From the NCBI GenBank assembly GCA_918797485.1, contig CAKKNE010000006.1:2604001-2668000 (forward strand): DNA of 64,000 bases, written 5' to 3'. This document shows positions 19,419 through 31,100 of this stretch, in pieces. How positions within the stretch are numbered: the first letter of the stretch is position 1; each line of letters opens with the position of its first letter. Made by a program: the position numbers and the translations under genes. Below the pieces are notes generated by a model. It did no database searches. It was not told the DNA's origin and was given only the letters and a program-made list of their open reading frames with translations. Source of the DNA: Pelagomonas calceolata. Taxonomy: Eukaryota.

Positions 19419-21236
19419 CTACCGCCGCGCCGCCATGGCCTTCTCGAGCAGCTGTGGTATGTCGGTCGCGAACATGCGGTCCATTTCCGCGACTTTTGAT
19501 TTGTCCAATTTCGGAAACTTCGACAGGTCGTCGATTTCTAACAGAGCTTCTCGGAAGTCGTCGACGTCCGGAAAGTCGCCCCGCGTGAGACCGTAGCGAT
19601 TCGCGCACTTCGCGAATTGGCGCGGTAGGTCCGCCAACAACTTCTGCTGCTTCTCTTCTTTGCCGAAGAACTGGGGCATCTGCTTCCGCAGGTAGTGGAT
19701 GAGGTAGCAATGCACTTTCAGCTTCCGAGCTCGTCTTGATAACTCGTTGATCCTTCGCAGGACGGCATTTTTTGGCAAATTTCTCAATTCGTCCAGTAAA
19801 TCATCGCGTTCCCTCGATAGTAGTGCCGTATCCGAACCTCGTCTATGGTCCAAAGGCCGGTCCCAGAAGGAGCCAAGATGGACCCTAACTACCTCTGGAG
19901 TGGAGACGACGCGGCCGAGCTGCCACATCAACGCGCCATAAACCCGCAACAACTGCTGCGGCGTGACCTGGTCCGCCTTGTTCAGCACGACCCTCAACTT
20001 CTGGGCGTGGGGCCGCAGCGCGTCGACCTGCGTGGAACGACACTCTCGCGCGGCCGCGTCGACGGCGTCGCGGCGGCGTGACGTCGCGCTGACGCCATCG
20101 CCGCGACCCAGGCAAGACGCGTGGACGCTCCGATGATCACGACGACGGCATCGCCGCCACCGGATCGAGTTCAAGTTCATTCACAACACTGAGTCACGGA
20201 CGGTAGCCTTCAGTTCATCACTTATATCAAGCTTATGCGCGTCGAACATGACCACGATCATGTCTGACCGCTCCGCGAACCACCGGACGACCTGGGGAAA
20301 GTCGTAGTCCCTGCCTAATCGCTGCTTCGCTCCGCTCAGCACGCCCGGCGTGTCCACGAGCGTCACGTTGTCGAGGATCGGGCAGCCATAGACCTCGGCG
20401 CCCTGGAGCTTCTCGAGGAACGCGTTGCCGAAGCCTTGCAGGCCCGCGAAGGGCTTGTCGTGGCGCATGGCCAGCGCGTTGCCCGGCACGATCCTATCTT
20501 GGTCGTCGGCGCGCATCACGGCCAAGAATCGGTCTGTGGTGGGTTCTGGCCCGATCCGGATGCCCGGGAAGTCTCTCCCCAACAGAGAGCGGATGAAGGA
20601 CGTCTTGCCAACCGAGTACTGCCCCAGCAACAACACCATGGGCTTGGCGTCGAAGTCCGCCGGCCCCATCGGGACACTTGCAAAATGCCCAAACCGCGAC
20701 GCTAATTCCAAAGGGAGCATGCGTCTTTTGTAGAGCTTTTTCAGCTCCCCGAAAAAGTACTCCTTGTCGAAGTGCTCGAACATCTCGGCGTGCGTCTCCT
20801 CCGAGAGGTAGTCCTGCTCTTCGTCCTCTTCTTTGGGTCGTGGTGGCGCGTCCGGGGCGACGGCCTCGGCACCCATCTGCTCCGGCGGCGCCGGCGGCGC
20901 GGCGGGTGGCGGCGGCGGGCGCTGTTGCTGTTGTTGCTGTTGCGGCGGCGGTTGTTGTTGCGGCGCGTAGCCCGGCGGCGCACCGTAGCCCGGCGGCGGA
21001 CCGTAGCTCTGCGGTGGTCGTCGCGGCGCGTCCGGCGGGTACGCGTCCGGCGGGTAGCGCTGCGGCGGCGGCGGCGGTTGCCGATCAGGTGGCGTGCCAT
21101 ACCGCGGCGGTGCGTCGTTCGGCGGGTAGCGCTGCGGCGCTGCGCCCGGCGCGCCGCCGTGCTTAGACGGAGACCACTGCTGCTGGCCTGCAGCCAGGCC
21201 CAGCAGCAGCAAAGCGATGCAAGCGCGTTGCCGCAT
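19419..21236 (-). CDS. EHD/RME-1 family dynamin-like ATPase with N-terminal signal and Pro/Gln-rich region; intron 20028-20201
   Basis: [63 protein letters not shown]. Confidence 0.92.
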
Positions 21237-21633
21237 GGCGTCTACTGTTCAGCGGCAATATGAATCAGCATGCAAACCCAGCATTAAACGCGATCGTCGC
21301 GCTCTACGCCGTGCAGCAACAGGAGAGATGGCTGCTGCTCCAAGTGGCGGCTATTTGTTGGGCCTCAAGAGACGTCGTTTGCGGTTCAGGAGGTCTCCTG
21401 GCTGCTGCGGACGGGTGTCTTTCGCGACGCGGCTCCAGTCGCGCAGCACAGGCTGCCTTGCCCACCATGCTCCATGCTGCCAAACGCAGGGCCGGCACTG
21501 GCCGCGGGGCAGCGTGAAAAATGATTCCCCAGAGCAACTGATGCGCCACGCGCTGCCGCAGCTTGATACCATAGCTTGGTATGGAGTAGCCATTGGTCTG
21601 GAGTAGCTCACAGATAGCCCACACCTAACAAAC

Positions 21634-23742
21634 ATGGGCGCTGGCGGCTCGACGGAAGGCGCACACCTCACCAGAGGCACCAGCAAAAACAACCTCGGCG
21701 TGCTGTTTGACCGCGAGGCCGAGGAGGCCTTCCATGCCGCCGCGACTGGTCCGGAAGACGAACTCGCCGTGCCCTGGTCCGTGGCCGACGCGTACGTGAA
21801 GACGCGCGACGAGCGCTGGCGCGACCCGAAGCACGTCTTGTTTCAGAATCTGAAACAATTCCGCGTCGCGCGGGTCGAGATCGAGAAGATCGCGAACGAG
21901 AAGATCAAGGGCACAATCCGTGAGATCCCGTGGCGCGACGGCGACGCGTGCCAACAGCGCGGCCTCGCCGGCAAGCCGGCCGCGTCGCTCGACGCGCTGT
22001 ACGCGATCGCCAACCTGGCGTGCAAAGTCTACCAGGTGATCCTGACGGACATCTGTAAGGGCGGCCCACCCCTGAACCTGGCACCGCTCAAGGGCCGCGC
22101 GCGAGCCGAAGAAAAGGCGCGCAACGAATACGCGGACAAGCAGGCGCCGTGCTACTCGTGGCTCTTCGACATCGTGAGAGGCTCCGTGTACTGCGACCAC
22201 GAGGACGACCTGGTCGCGCTCTGGAAAAAGATCGAGGCGGACCCGCGCATCGAAATTGTCCGAACGAAAAATCGTTTCAATCCCCCAGAATTCAACGGCT
22301 ACCGCGACATCATGATGAACGTGGCCGTTGACGTGGATACGCCTGCCGGGAAGATATCGCACCTCTGCGAGCTCCAGATTCACCTCACTGCAATTAAGAA
22401 GTCGGAGCCGATGCACAAGAGTCACGCCGTCTACGAGTTCTTTCGATCGTTCTTTTTGGGGAACGCAGAGGCGGTCGAGAAGCGGCTGGACATGTTCTGC
22501 GCGCTGCCCGTCGACGACGCTAAAGATGCGGACGAGCTTGTGGACCACGTGCTCGGGTCCGACGCGGACGCGAGTTTGCTCGAGGGGCTCTGTGAATTGC
22601 TCACGTCGATCCAGGAGAACGCGGGCGTCGTGAAAGTCCGGGAAGCCATCTTAGCGGAGCATGAGCGCGAGTTTGGCGCGGAGAGCAAGGAGGTGGGCGG
22701 GGCGCTGTATGATCTTGGGCTCGCGTACTATGATCTCGGCAACCAAGCCAAGAATCGCGACGTGCTGGAGCGCGCGCTCCCGATCTACGAGCGCGAGTAC
22801 GGTAGTGACAGCACGGAGATGTCCGGTTTGTTGAATAATCTCGGGAACGCGTACGGCTTTTTAGGCGACCACGCGAAGTCGCGAGACATTTATGAGCGCG
22901 CGCTCGCGATCGACGAGCGGGCGTACGGCCGTGACCACCCGGAAGTGGCCCCCACGCTGACGAGCCTCGGGGACGCGCACAACCAATTGGGCGACTACGC
23001 CAAGGCGCGAGACATGCTAGAGCGCGCGCTCGCGATCAAGGAGCGGGCGTACGGCCGCGATCACGTGAATGTGGCCAGCACGCTGACGAACCTCGGGACC
23101 GCGTACGGCGCCTTAGGCGACCCCGCGAAGGCGCGAGACATGCTGGAACGCGCGCTCGCGATCGACGAGCGGACGTACGGCCGCGACCACCCGGAAGTGG
23201 CCAAGACGCTGGAGAACCTTGGGTGTGCGTACGGCGACTTAGGCGACAACGCGAAGCTGCGAGACATGCTGGAGCGCGTGCTCGCGATCAAGGAGCGGGC
23301 GTACGGCAGCGAGCACCCGAGTGTGGCCATCACGCTGAATAACCTCGGGACCGCGTACTGCGACTTAGGCGACCCCGCGAAGGCGCGAGATGTCCTGGAG
23401 CGCGCGCTCGCGATCGACGAGCGGGCGTACGGCCGCGACCACGCGGACGTGGCCGGCACGCTGATGAACCTTGGGTGTGCGTACGGCGACTTGGGCGACC
23501 CGGCGAAGAAGCGAGACATGCTGGAGCGCGCGCTCGCGATCGAGGAGCGGGCGTACGGCCCCGATCACATTGATATAGCCCCCTCGCTGTTCAACCTCGG
23601 AAGCTTGCACGAGGATCTAGGCGAGAAGGCTAAGGCGCGCGAGTTCATCGCGCGCGCTCTCGCGATTGCCGAGCGCACATACGGAAGCGACCATCCTCGT
23701 ACCGATATGTGCCGAAGGCACCTCGCCAAATTATCATCGTGA
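21634..23742 (+). CDS. Putatively N-myristoylated RelA/SpoT-like nucleotidyltransferase domain plus about 8 TPR repeats
   Basis: MGAGGS; APLKGRARAEEK, DIVRGS, KNRF, GYRDIMMNV, CELQIH; 42-aa kinesin-light-chain-type TPRs. Confidence 0.85.
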   Translation: MGAGGSTEGAHLTRGTSKNNLGVLFDREAEEAFHAAATGPEDELAVPWSVADAYVKTRDERWRDPKHVLFQNLKQFRVARVEIEKIANEKIKGTIREIPWRDGDACQQRGLAGKPAASLDALYAIANLACKVYQVILTDICKGGPPLNLAPLKGRARAEEKARNEYADKQAPCYSWLFDIVRGSVYCDHEDDLVALWKKIEADPRIEIVRTKNRFNPPEFNGYRDIMMNVAVDVDTPAGKISHLCELQIHLTAIKKSEPMHKSHAVYEFFRSFFLGNAEAVEKRLDMFCALPVDDAKDADELVDHVLGSDADASLLEGLCELLTSIQENAGVVKVREAILAEHEREFGAESKEVGGALYDLGLAYYDLGNQAKNRDVLERALPIYEREYGSDSTEMSGLLNNLGNAYGFLGDHAKSRDIYERALAIDERAYGRDHPEVAPTLTSLGDAHNQLGDYAKARDMLERALAIKERAYGRDHVNVASTLTNLGTAYGALGDPAKARDMLERALAIDERTYGRDHPEVAKTLENLGCAYGDLGDNAKLRDMLERVLAIKERAYGSEHPSVAITLNNLGTAYCDLGDPAKARDVLERALAIDERAYGRDHADVAGTLMNLGCAYGDLGDPAKKRDMLERALAIEERAYGPDHIDIAPSLFNLGSLHEDLGEKAKAREFIARALAIAERTYGSDHPRTDMCRRHLAKLSS
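22700..23700 (+). repeat. 126-bp tandem repeats encoding TPRs
   Basis: gagcgcgcgctcgcgatc-like motif recurs at 22894, 23020, 23146, 23272, 23398 and 23524, a 126-nt period. Confidence 0.9.
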
Positions 23743-23869
23743 GCTAGAGCCGCTTTCACCTCCTCTACAGATATCGAGTCCTCTCCGTCCCAGGCGCGAA
23801 ACGCCTCCGTATATGCGGTTCCCCCCACGCGCTGCCGACGCGACATGACTAAAGAAAGAACACTTAATC

Positions 23870-25036
23870 TCAGAGCAGCTCCGCCGTCTGCTCCGCGATG
23901 AGGCCGTGCGCCTTCAGCGACTTCGACGAGAGCGTGTCGATCTGCTCGATGAGGTGGGAGATCTGGCCCGCGTCGAGGACCCGCGGCTGCACCCAGGACA
24001 CCTCGACGACCTGCGCCACCTCGTCGATGACGCCCTTCACTAAGCCGAGAGCCATCGCCCGCATCGCGAGCCACTCCACATGATCCAGGTCCAGCCTCGC
24101 GCGCGACGCGATCGCCTGAAACGAAATCGCCCGTTGATGCGCCGGCGTCTCGAACACCAAGTTCATAAAAGCCAAGAGAGCGATCTTCTCCTTGACGAAG
24201 GGCGCCTTCGCTCTGAGAGCGGGCTGTTTCAAATACTCGTCCTTGTTCTTGCCGAGGCAGTCGTTAAAGGCATCGACGTCGCCCGCCGCAAAAATACGTA
24301 AAAGGTCGCCGAGCCAGGCGTTCGGCGTGTGGTTCAGGGCGTCGAGGATGGGCGTCGCGAGGACCTCGCCGAAGTTGTAGACGCCTTCACCAGACAAAGC
24401 GGCTAGGGCCACATCCGTCGCGAGAATACGTCTTTTGTTCAGGGGCATGTCGTCGGCCGACGCGTAGCTCAACAACGAGAGTGCTGCTCGGTAGAAGGCT
24501 TCCGGCGGTCCCACCAACTTGCGGTAGTCGGAGGCCGCGGCGTAGTACTTCCGAAACACGGCCGTGTCCGTCGTGCCCGTGAGGCCGTCCATTGTCGGCT
24601 TGGCCTCCTCCAGGGCCTTCTTTACTTGTTCTAAGGCATTCGCGTCGGCGCCGCGCAGTGCCAACAACGCCGCCTCCATCTCGAGGTACAACGAGGGCTC
24701 CGCACCTAACCTACCGCGCTTGTCCTCGACGGCCTTCTTGAGCCTCTCGATGCCCTCCTGGGCGCTGATGACGGTGGAGTCGACCGCACCGACCACCAGG
24801 TCCCCCAGAATCATGGCGTACTGGAGCTGGTTGAGCTTGGCCTCGACCTTCGACAGGAACTTCTCCTCCAGATCGAGCAAGAGCTGGCCCCGTTGCCTCG
24901 CGGCGTCGGACTGCACAAAAGTTCGCAATGCCGTCGTGAGCTCGTGGTAGAGCTTTTTGCTGAAGAGCTCGCCGAGCGCGGCGAGGTCCTCGGCGACCTC
25001 GGGCGTGGCCTGGGCTTGGGTCTCGACGAAGTCCAT
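23870..25036 (-). CDS. RPN9: 26S proteasome non-ATPase regulatory subunit RPN9/PSMD13
   Basis: KKLYHELT, ALSGEGVYNFGEVLATPIL, PCI domain with VKGVIDEV...SWVQPRVLD. Confidence 0.93.
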   Translation of the reverse strand: MDFVETQAQATPEVAEDLAALGELFSKKLYHELTTALRTFVQSDAARQRGQLLLDLEEKFLSKVEAKLNQLQYAMILGDLVVGAVDSTVISAQEGIERLKKAVEDKRGRLGAEPSLYLEMEAALLALRGADANALEQVKKALEEAKPTMDGLTGTTDTAVFRKYYAAASDYRKLVGPPEAFYRAALSLLSYASADDMPLNKRRILATDVALAALSGEGVYNFGEVLATPILDALNHTPNAWLGDLLRIFAAGDVDAFNDCLGKNKDEYLKQPALRAKAPFVKEKIALLAFMNLVFETPAHQRAISFQAIASRARLDLDHVEWLAMRAMALGLVKGVIDEVAQVVEVSWVQPRVLDAGQISHLIEQIDTLSSKSLKAHGLIAEQTAELL

Positions 25037-25374
25037 CGTCGGTCGCGTCCACGCGCGGCGGCTGGCGTCTACGAGGGTGTGCAGCGCTCCTCACGCTCCG
25101 CGCGGCTGGCGTCTTCGACGAGGTCGGTGGTCTGGGGCTCTTGCGCGCGGGGCCAAAATGTAGCGAGCGGCGCCGCGTCGATCAATGGGAGTGACAGCAA
25201 AGCGCAGCGTGCAAAAACAGCTCTGTGCGTGCAACACGCCCGCGATTTCGAGCCGCCGCGGCCCTGGGAGAAGCTAGTATGTGTGTACGCTAGCTCTTGC
25301 AGGCTCCCGGCCAAAGCGCACGAGATGCGCATTGATGCCTGCGACCTCACCATTCGGTTATATTTGCAGCATTG

Positions 25375-26244
25375 ATGCGTGCAGCACTCATGCTCCTAGT
25401 CCTGCGGAGGAGCAGCACCTTTGCACCACGCGGCACGCGTTTACTCGTCACGAGACGTGCGGCCAAGGAGCCCGCGGACGACGCAGTGGTCGCGGCCGGC
25501 GCGGCGCAACGACGAGAACGGCTGGACCGCGAACTCGCGGCGCTCGGCTTCGACGCTGAACGGCTGGAGGGCGACGCGGCGCTGCGAGGGAGTGCAGCAC
25601 TCGCGACGTACCGCCGGTTCGTCATCCCGAAGACGGCCAAGGGCCTCAGGGATGCGCTGGCGCCGGCGCGCGCCGCGTCGGTGGCCGTCGACGTTGTTGG
25701 GTTGGCCCGGCAGCACCTTGCGGAGCAGGCGGCCTGGTTGCGGAACCGGGACCGGTCGCTGGAGGAGCGGCCGGAGCCGCCGCACGCGGACCTGGTTGTT
25801 GTTTTAGATGGTCTGCGGAGCGGCGAGAACGTGGGTTCGGTGCTGCGGACGGTCGAGACGGCCGGCGCGGGGCGCGTGATCTGCTGCGGGACGACGCCGG
25901 CGCCGCCTTCACCATCTGTGCTGCGGGCGGCCATGGGCTGCGCGGATCTGGTGACCGTCGAGCGGGCGCCGTCGACGCTCGAGACCGTGTTGGAGTTGCG
26001 GCGGGAGGGCTTTTCGGTCTGGGCGTGCGAGACGACGGAACGCTCAGTTGTCCTGTTCGACACGCCGCCGCCGCGGCCCCTCGCCCTGATCTTCGGCCAC
26101 GAGGAGTTCGGAGTCTCGGTGGACGTCTTAGAGGCATGCGACGCGGTCGTCGAGATTCCCGTGTACGGCCTGAAGAATAGTCTGAACGTCGCCAACGCCG
26201 TGGCGGTGGCTCTGTTTGATGTTGTGCGGCGGTGGCGTAAGTAA
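25375..26244 (+). CDS. SpoU/TrmH-family SPOUT RNA methyltransferase, probably organelle-targeted
   Basis: VVLDGLRSGENVGSVLRT, LIFGHEEFGVS, IPVYGLKNSLNVANA. Confidence 0.9.
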   Translation: MRAALMLLVLRRSSTFAPRGTRLLVTRRAAKEPADDAVVAAGAAQRRERLDRELAALGFDAERLEGDAALRGSAALATYRRFVIPKTAKGLRDALAPARAASVAVDVVGLARQHLAEQAAWLRNRDRSLEERPEPPHADLVVVLDGLRSGENVGSVLRTVETAGAGRVICCGTTPAPPSPSVLRAAMGCADLVTVERAPSTLETVLELRREGFSVWACETTERSVVLFDTPPPRPLALIFGHEEFGVSVDVLEACDAVVEIPVYGLKNSLNVANAVAVALFDVVRRWRK

Positions 26245-26335
26245 TTAACTATGTCGTTAAGCGTAGGGGGAGGGGCGCGTCAAGGGGGACGGAATGTTCT
26301 TGCCCTGGCGGGCACACACAATGTCATGGGGTAGG

Positions 26336-27424
26336 TCAGGCCTGAGGCGGCGGCGGCGGAGGTGCAGCCATCTGTGCGGCCGTGGCGTACGGCACGAGCG
26401 GCTGGAAGGGGTTGAACTGCTGCTGCGACGGAGGCGGCGACGCCGACTCGCGCGCGGGGCTCAGGCCGAAGGCCGGCGTCGCGTGCGGCGTCGACGCGGG
26501 CGTCTGGCCGGGCGTCACGGCGCCGCCGGCGGCCAATAACTGCTGGATGTGGTGCGTGAGGAACTTGACGTGCGTCTCGAGGTCGGACACGCGGTCGAGG
26601 ATGCGCATCGTGTTCGCCAGGAGCTCCGTCGGCTGCTCGTCCGGCGGCAGGTTCGAGAGCACCGCGAGGCGCTGGGCCGCCGCGGCGTTGCGGTGGGCCT
26701 GGCCGCCCGGGTGCGGGCGCGCGACCGTGTGTTCGTGAGAACTCTGCGCCGCCGCCGCCGCGAGGAGGGAGGTCGGCGACTCGAAGCCCGGTTGATAATT
26801 CAAAGGCGCGACGCCACCACCACCCGCGGCGCGCGCGCGCTTTCTTAAGGGATCTCCGGACTGCGGAGCGGGCTCGGCGATGCGCTTCTTCGAGAGTACC
26901 AATAAGCCCGGCGTGATCGCTGGCAATACACCCGCGACGTGCGAGGCATCTGGCGACACTTTCACGCAGAACTTGCGGTCGTCCGCTCTCAATGAACCGA
27001 CTTCAATCCGGTAATCAAAATAGACCACCGCGCCGGGGTTCGGCAGGGTCAGGCGCTTGGCCCCGTCGCCGAGCACCTTCAGCGACTCGGCTTCCCGCCC
27101 GGGACGGGTCTCGAACTTCGACTGGACGACTCTTCCGTCCGGAAAACACAACTCGATCTTGACGGGCACGGCGACGCCGTGGTTCACGCCCTCGACGCGC
27201 ACGCCGCATCTCACATAGTGCTCGGCGCGCGGCGTCGCGTCCTTGTAGAAGATGGGCGCCCGCGGGTTCTCGGGGTGTCTGAGCGCCACGTAGTTCGCTT
27301 GCGCCGCCGAGAACTCGTGGCTCGCAATAATTAAACGGGGGCCGGCGTCCTCGTCGTCGTCCTCGGCCTTCGGCGGCGGCGGAGGTGCCGCGTGGCTCTG
27401 GTTGCGGAGGTCCTCGCGGTTGGC
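26336..27424 (-). CDS. Hypothetical protein (last exon; 5' exon(s) unresolved)
   Basis: Long open frame beginning after a putative acceptor ...ccgacgcag near 27425; beta-rich domain followed by VLSKKR and a coiled coil. Confidence 0.6.
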   Translation of the reverse strand, partial: ANREDLRNQSHAAPPPPPKAEDDDEDAGPRLIIASHEFSAAQANYVALRHPENPRAPIFYKDATPRAEHYVRCGVRVEGVNHGVAVPVKIELCFPDGRVVQSKFETRPGREAESLKVLGDGAKRLTLPNPGAVVYFDYRIEVGSLRADDRKFCVKVSPDASHVAGVLPAITPGLLVLSKKRIAEPAPQSGDPLRKRARAAGGGGVAPLNYQPGFESPTSLLAAAAAQSSHEHTVARPHPGGQAHRNAAAAQRLAVLSNLPPDEQPTELLANTMRILDRVSDLETHVKFLTHHIQQLLAAGGAVTPGQTPASTPHATPAFGLSPARESASPPPSQQQFNPFQPLVPYATAAQMAAPPPPPPQA

Positions 27425-28112
27425 CTGCGTCGGTTTAGCGTGTTATCGCCCGAAACTTTTTGTGGGTTCAACGAGGCCGGGCATCGAAAAATTCCACAGC
27501 CGGGCGGTTTCCCGACGTGGAGGCCCAGGGCGTCGTTGCCAGTCGAGGCGTGTCTCTCACGAGGCTCGTGTGGGCGGAGAGGACCGCTTACTTCGTTTCG
27601 CGGCGGTAGCGCGAATTTCGCCGCAAACGCCCGCGTGGCCCTTTGGCGCCAGGGCGCGGCCGAGGCCGTTCGCTTTTCGCGTGTAGAGTTCTGTGGACGC
27701 TGTAACGCGCGGAGGGGACACGCGGCATGCTCGTCGTCCGAAACCAGGTGCGTTGTGAGTGTGTTTTCCAATCACAGCGCCAAACGCCTCAATTGGAGCC
27801 GGGTCTTCGCAGGAGGGCCGGCGTAGCTCGCGAGCTCGGCGAAACCAGTCTCAGAGTCACGGATAAGTCACTCCTCCGCTCAAACGCGCAGGGTAAAGAG
27901 AGGCCAGGCTATCCCTGCGCATCCCATGAAAGCTAGTAGCTCGGCGTGGGCGATGATGATGCCTACAAACCTCACGAAACACACCCCAATCGCACGAGCA
28001 GCACGTATCTGGACCCCCCTGGCCGCACGCGGACTTCAAGTTTAGTTCTGACCGAACGCAACGCACGTTCCTCAGAATAAACCAATAATCATCTTAAAAG
28101 AGAGACAAGTAA

Positions 28113-31100
28113 CTAGGCCGGCGCCGCGGCGGCCCGCTTCGCCAGCGCTTCAGAAAAAGCCTGTTCGCGCAGGGCAGCCGTCAAATCCGCGGGCGGGAGC
28201 GGCTCCTCGAGCGCAATCGATTCCGTGATCGCGTGGCAGACCCTATCTTTTTCCTCCGTCGAGAGCTCCTTCAGCGCCTTTAAACCATGTTTCATCCATA
28301 CTTTTTCCCGCACTTCGAGCGTGCAAGCCAGGCCGGACTCCGCGTGAAAGCATTGACACTCGATGACACGACGTTTCTCGTACAAGGACGCCATGACGAG
28401 CTGGCCGTCCAACTCCACACCCAACGTCAATAAAGCGCGGGACGTCCGCTGCGGAGAGCCCGGTCGTAAGTTATCAGGAGGCGCCGTGAGGTGGACCTCC
28501 AGAGGTTTTTCTTCGTCCGCAGGCGCCAAGACACTCTTCAGTAAAGCCTCTCCTAATATGTCCTTGTCTGCATCGGTCAGATGCGACGTCACGGGCACGT
28601 ACTTCGCCTGCTCGAGAACGTGAAGTGAAAACACGCGCTCGACCGCCCTCCAGGGACGAAGGGGGTCCATGGCCCTTACTCTAAAGCCCTCGGCCTCCTC
28701 CATCAACGTGACGGCGTAGCCCTCGTCGGTAGTGCCGTCGAAGGTCGGGGCCTCCCTCGGCTGTTTGTTGACGGCCAGTAGCAAACTCTCGAGGTCGTCG
28801 CCCTCGGAATTGTCGTCGATGACCAGTACATCCGCGGTCCGGTTCGGCGCGAAGATTAATCGATCGCCGGCGCCGTGGGCTTGCGGTACTAGAGTAAGTC
28901 CTTCACAAACTCTCTCAGCAATCAGATACGCGGCCGCGTCATCGTTGAGTGCGGAAGGCTCGCAGCCCGCCTCATCACAAGACACGATCAGCGAGTAGTC
29001 CATGAGCGCGTCGGGCTCGAAGGCCTCCACGCTCAACGCACCGTCGTCGTTGTAGATCGAACAGAGTAAATGCCGTCCGTCTTGGACCTCGACGCCCTCG
29101 GTATACAAGGCCCTTCTTTTAGTAGCCTGGCCGGGCGTGCCCGTCTTCTTGAGGGTCGTGAGTTCTGCAAAATCAGACAGGAACGGCGCCTCGAGCGCTT
29201 CGTCCTCCGCCGTCCAGGGCCGTCGGTCGGTCGTCGTGACGGGCGCCGGCTCGTCCGCCGCCGCGCCGATGTTCGCGATACCAGGTACGGAGTCCGGGAC
29301 CTTGGCCTCTTCGGCCGGCGACGCCACGCGCACCGCCGGGAAGGGGTCGTATTTCAGGGAGCCGTCAATGACCAAGTCCTTCAGTATACTTCGAGCGAGC
29401 GACGCCTGCTGTCTTCCGCTGAGCTCCGTGAGCGCGCCACCCAAATGACTCCACTGCTCTTGTAGAACAGTGCACTCCCAGAGCTTCTGGGTCCGCGTGT
29501 CGTAGGCGTGGATGCCCAGGTTGCCGTCCTGGTCGACAACCGACGCGAGGAGAAAAGCCTCGCCGACTTTCACGCCCTCCGTGAGGATCGCTCGCGCCGA
29601 CGCGACGGCGGTCTTGGGGCGCTGGGGGCTCGGCGGCGCCTCGGGCTCCGCGGCGGCGGCGGGCGCCTCGGTGGCTGGCTCCGCGGCCGGCTCCGGCGCC
29701 GGGGCCACTTGGGGCTCGGGCGCCGACTCCTCGACGGCGGCCACGTCGGGCTTGGGAGGGCTCGGCGCCTCCTCGACGGCGGCCGGCTCCTCGGCGGCGG
29801 CCGGCTCCGGGCTGCTCGGCTCGGCCTCGGCCTCGGTCGGCTCAGGCGCCGCGGCGGCCGGCGGCTCCGATGGAGCTGCTTCGTCGGCAGCCGGCGTCTC
29901 GTCAGCCGGCTCGGGCGCCGGATCCGCCGCGGGCTCGGCCGGAGGCTCGTCCGCCGGAGGCTCGGCATCCGCCGCAGGCTCGGCGGCCGGAGGCTCAGCG
30001 TCGACTGCCGGCTCGGCGGCCGGCTCGTCGGCCGGAGGCTCGGCGCTCGGCTCGTCGGCCGGCGGCTCAGGCGTCGGATCCGCCGCGGGCTCGGCCGGAG
30101 GCTCGTCTGCGGCTGCCGGCTCGGCGGCCGGCTCGTCCGCCGGAGGCTCGGCATCGGCTGCCGGCTCGGCGGCCGGCTCGTCCGCTGGAGGCTCGGCATC
30201 CGCCGCAGGCTCGGCGGCCGGCTCGGCGGCCGGCTCGTCCACCGGAGGTTCGGCATCGGCCGGAGGCTCGGCGCTCGGCTCGGCAGCCGGTTCAGGAGTA
30301 GCAGCCTTGGGCGTCGGCGGAGCGCTCGGCTCCGGAGTAGCAGCCTTGGGCGTCGGCGGAGCGCTGGGCTCCGGTGTGGCGGCCTTGGGCGTCGGCGGAG
30401 CGCTCGGCTCCGGAGTCGCGGCCTTGGGCGTCGGCGGAGCGCTCGGCTCCGGAGTCGCGGCCTTGGGCGTCGGAGGAGCGCTCGGCTCCGGAGTCGCGGC
30501 CTTGGGCGTCGGCGGTGCGCTGGGCTCCGGATTGGGCTCAGCGGGCGGCTCGGCGACGTCTTCGTCCGCGGGCGGCGCTTCCGCCGGGTCCGCGAGGGGC
30601 GCGCCGCCGTCGCCGCCGTCATCCTTTGTCGCGACCGTGCCGTCGTCGACCGTCGAGTCGTCCTGCGCCGCGACGACGGCAGCCGAGATCTCGGCCGCGG
30701 CCTCCTGCGCCGCCTCGCTCGGCTCGGCGTCCACGGCCGGCGCCGCGTCGTCCACGGCCTCGCTCGGCGGCGTGGGCGTGGGCTCGGGCGTCGGCGGTGA
30801 TGGCGTCGGCTCAGCCGAAGGCTCAGGCGTCGGATCTGCCTGTGGATCTGGCGTCGGCTCGGCCGGCGGCTCAGCCGCGGGCTCGGCGTCTGGCTCCGGC
30901 GTGGCAGCCTTGGGCGACGGTGGCGCGCTGGGCTCCGGCGTAGGGTCAGCGGCAGGCTCCGGGTCGGCAGCAGGCTCAGGGTCGGCCGCAGGCTCCGGCG
31001 TAGGGTCCGCGGCAGGCTCAGGGTCGGCGGCGGGCTCCGGCACAGGGTCGGCGGCTGGCTCAGGATCGGCGGCGGGCTCCGGCGCAGGGTCCGCAGCAGG

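Noticed and set aside
22700..23700. Regularly spaced repeats that could be mistaken for a CRISPR array
   Set aside because: The 126-nt period is in frame, encodes TPRs and has no unique spacers; the context is eukaryotic
18377..26244. tRNA/RNA methyltransferase genes (TRMO, SpoU) near the tRNA cluster as a functional operon
   Set aside because: Unrelated genes intervene, TRMO acts on t6A37 tRNAs rather than these isoacceptors, and proximity is plausibly chance
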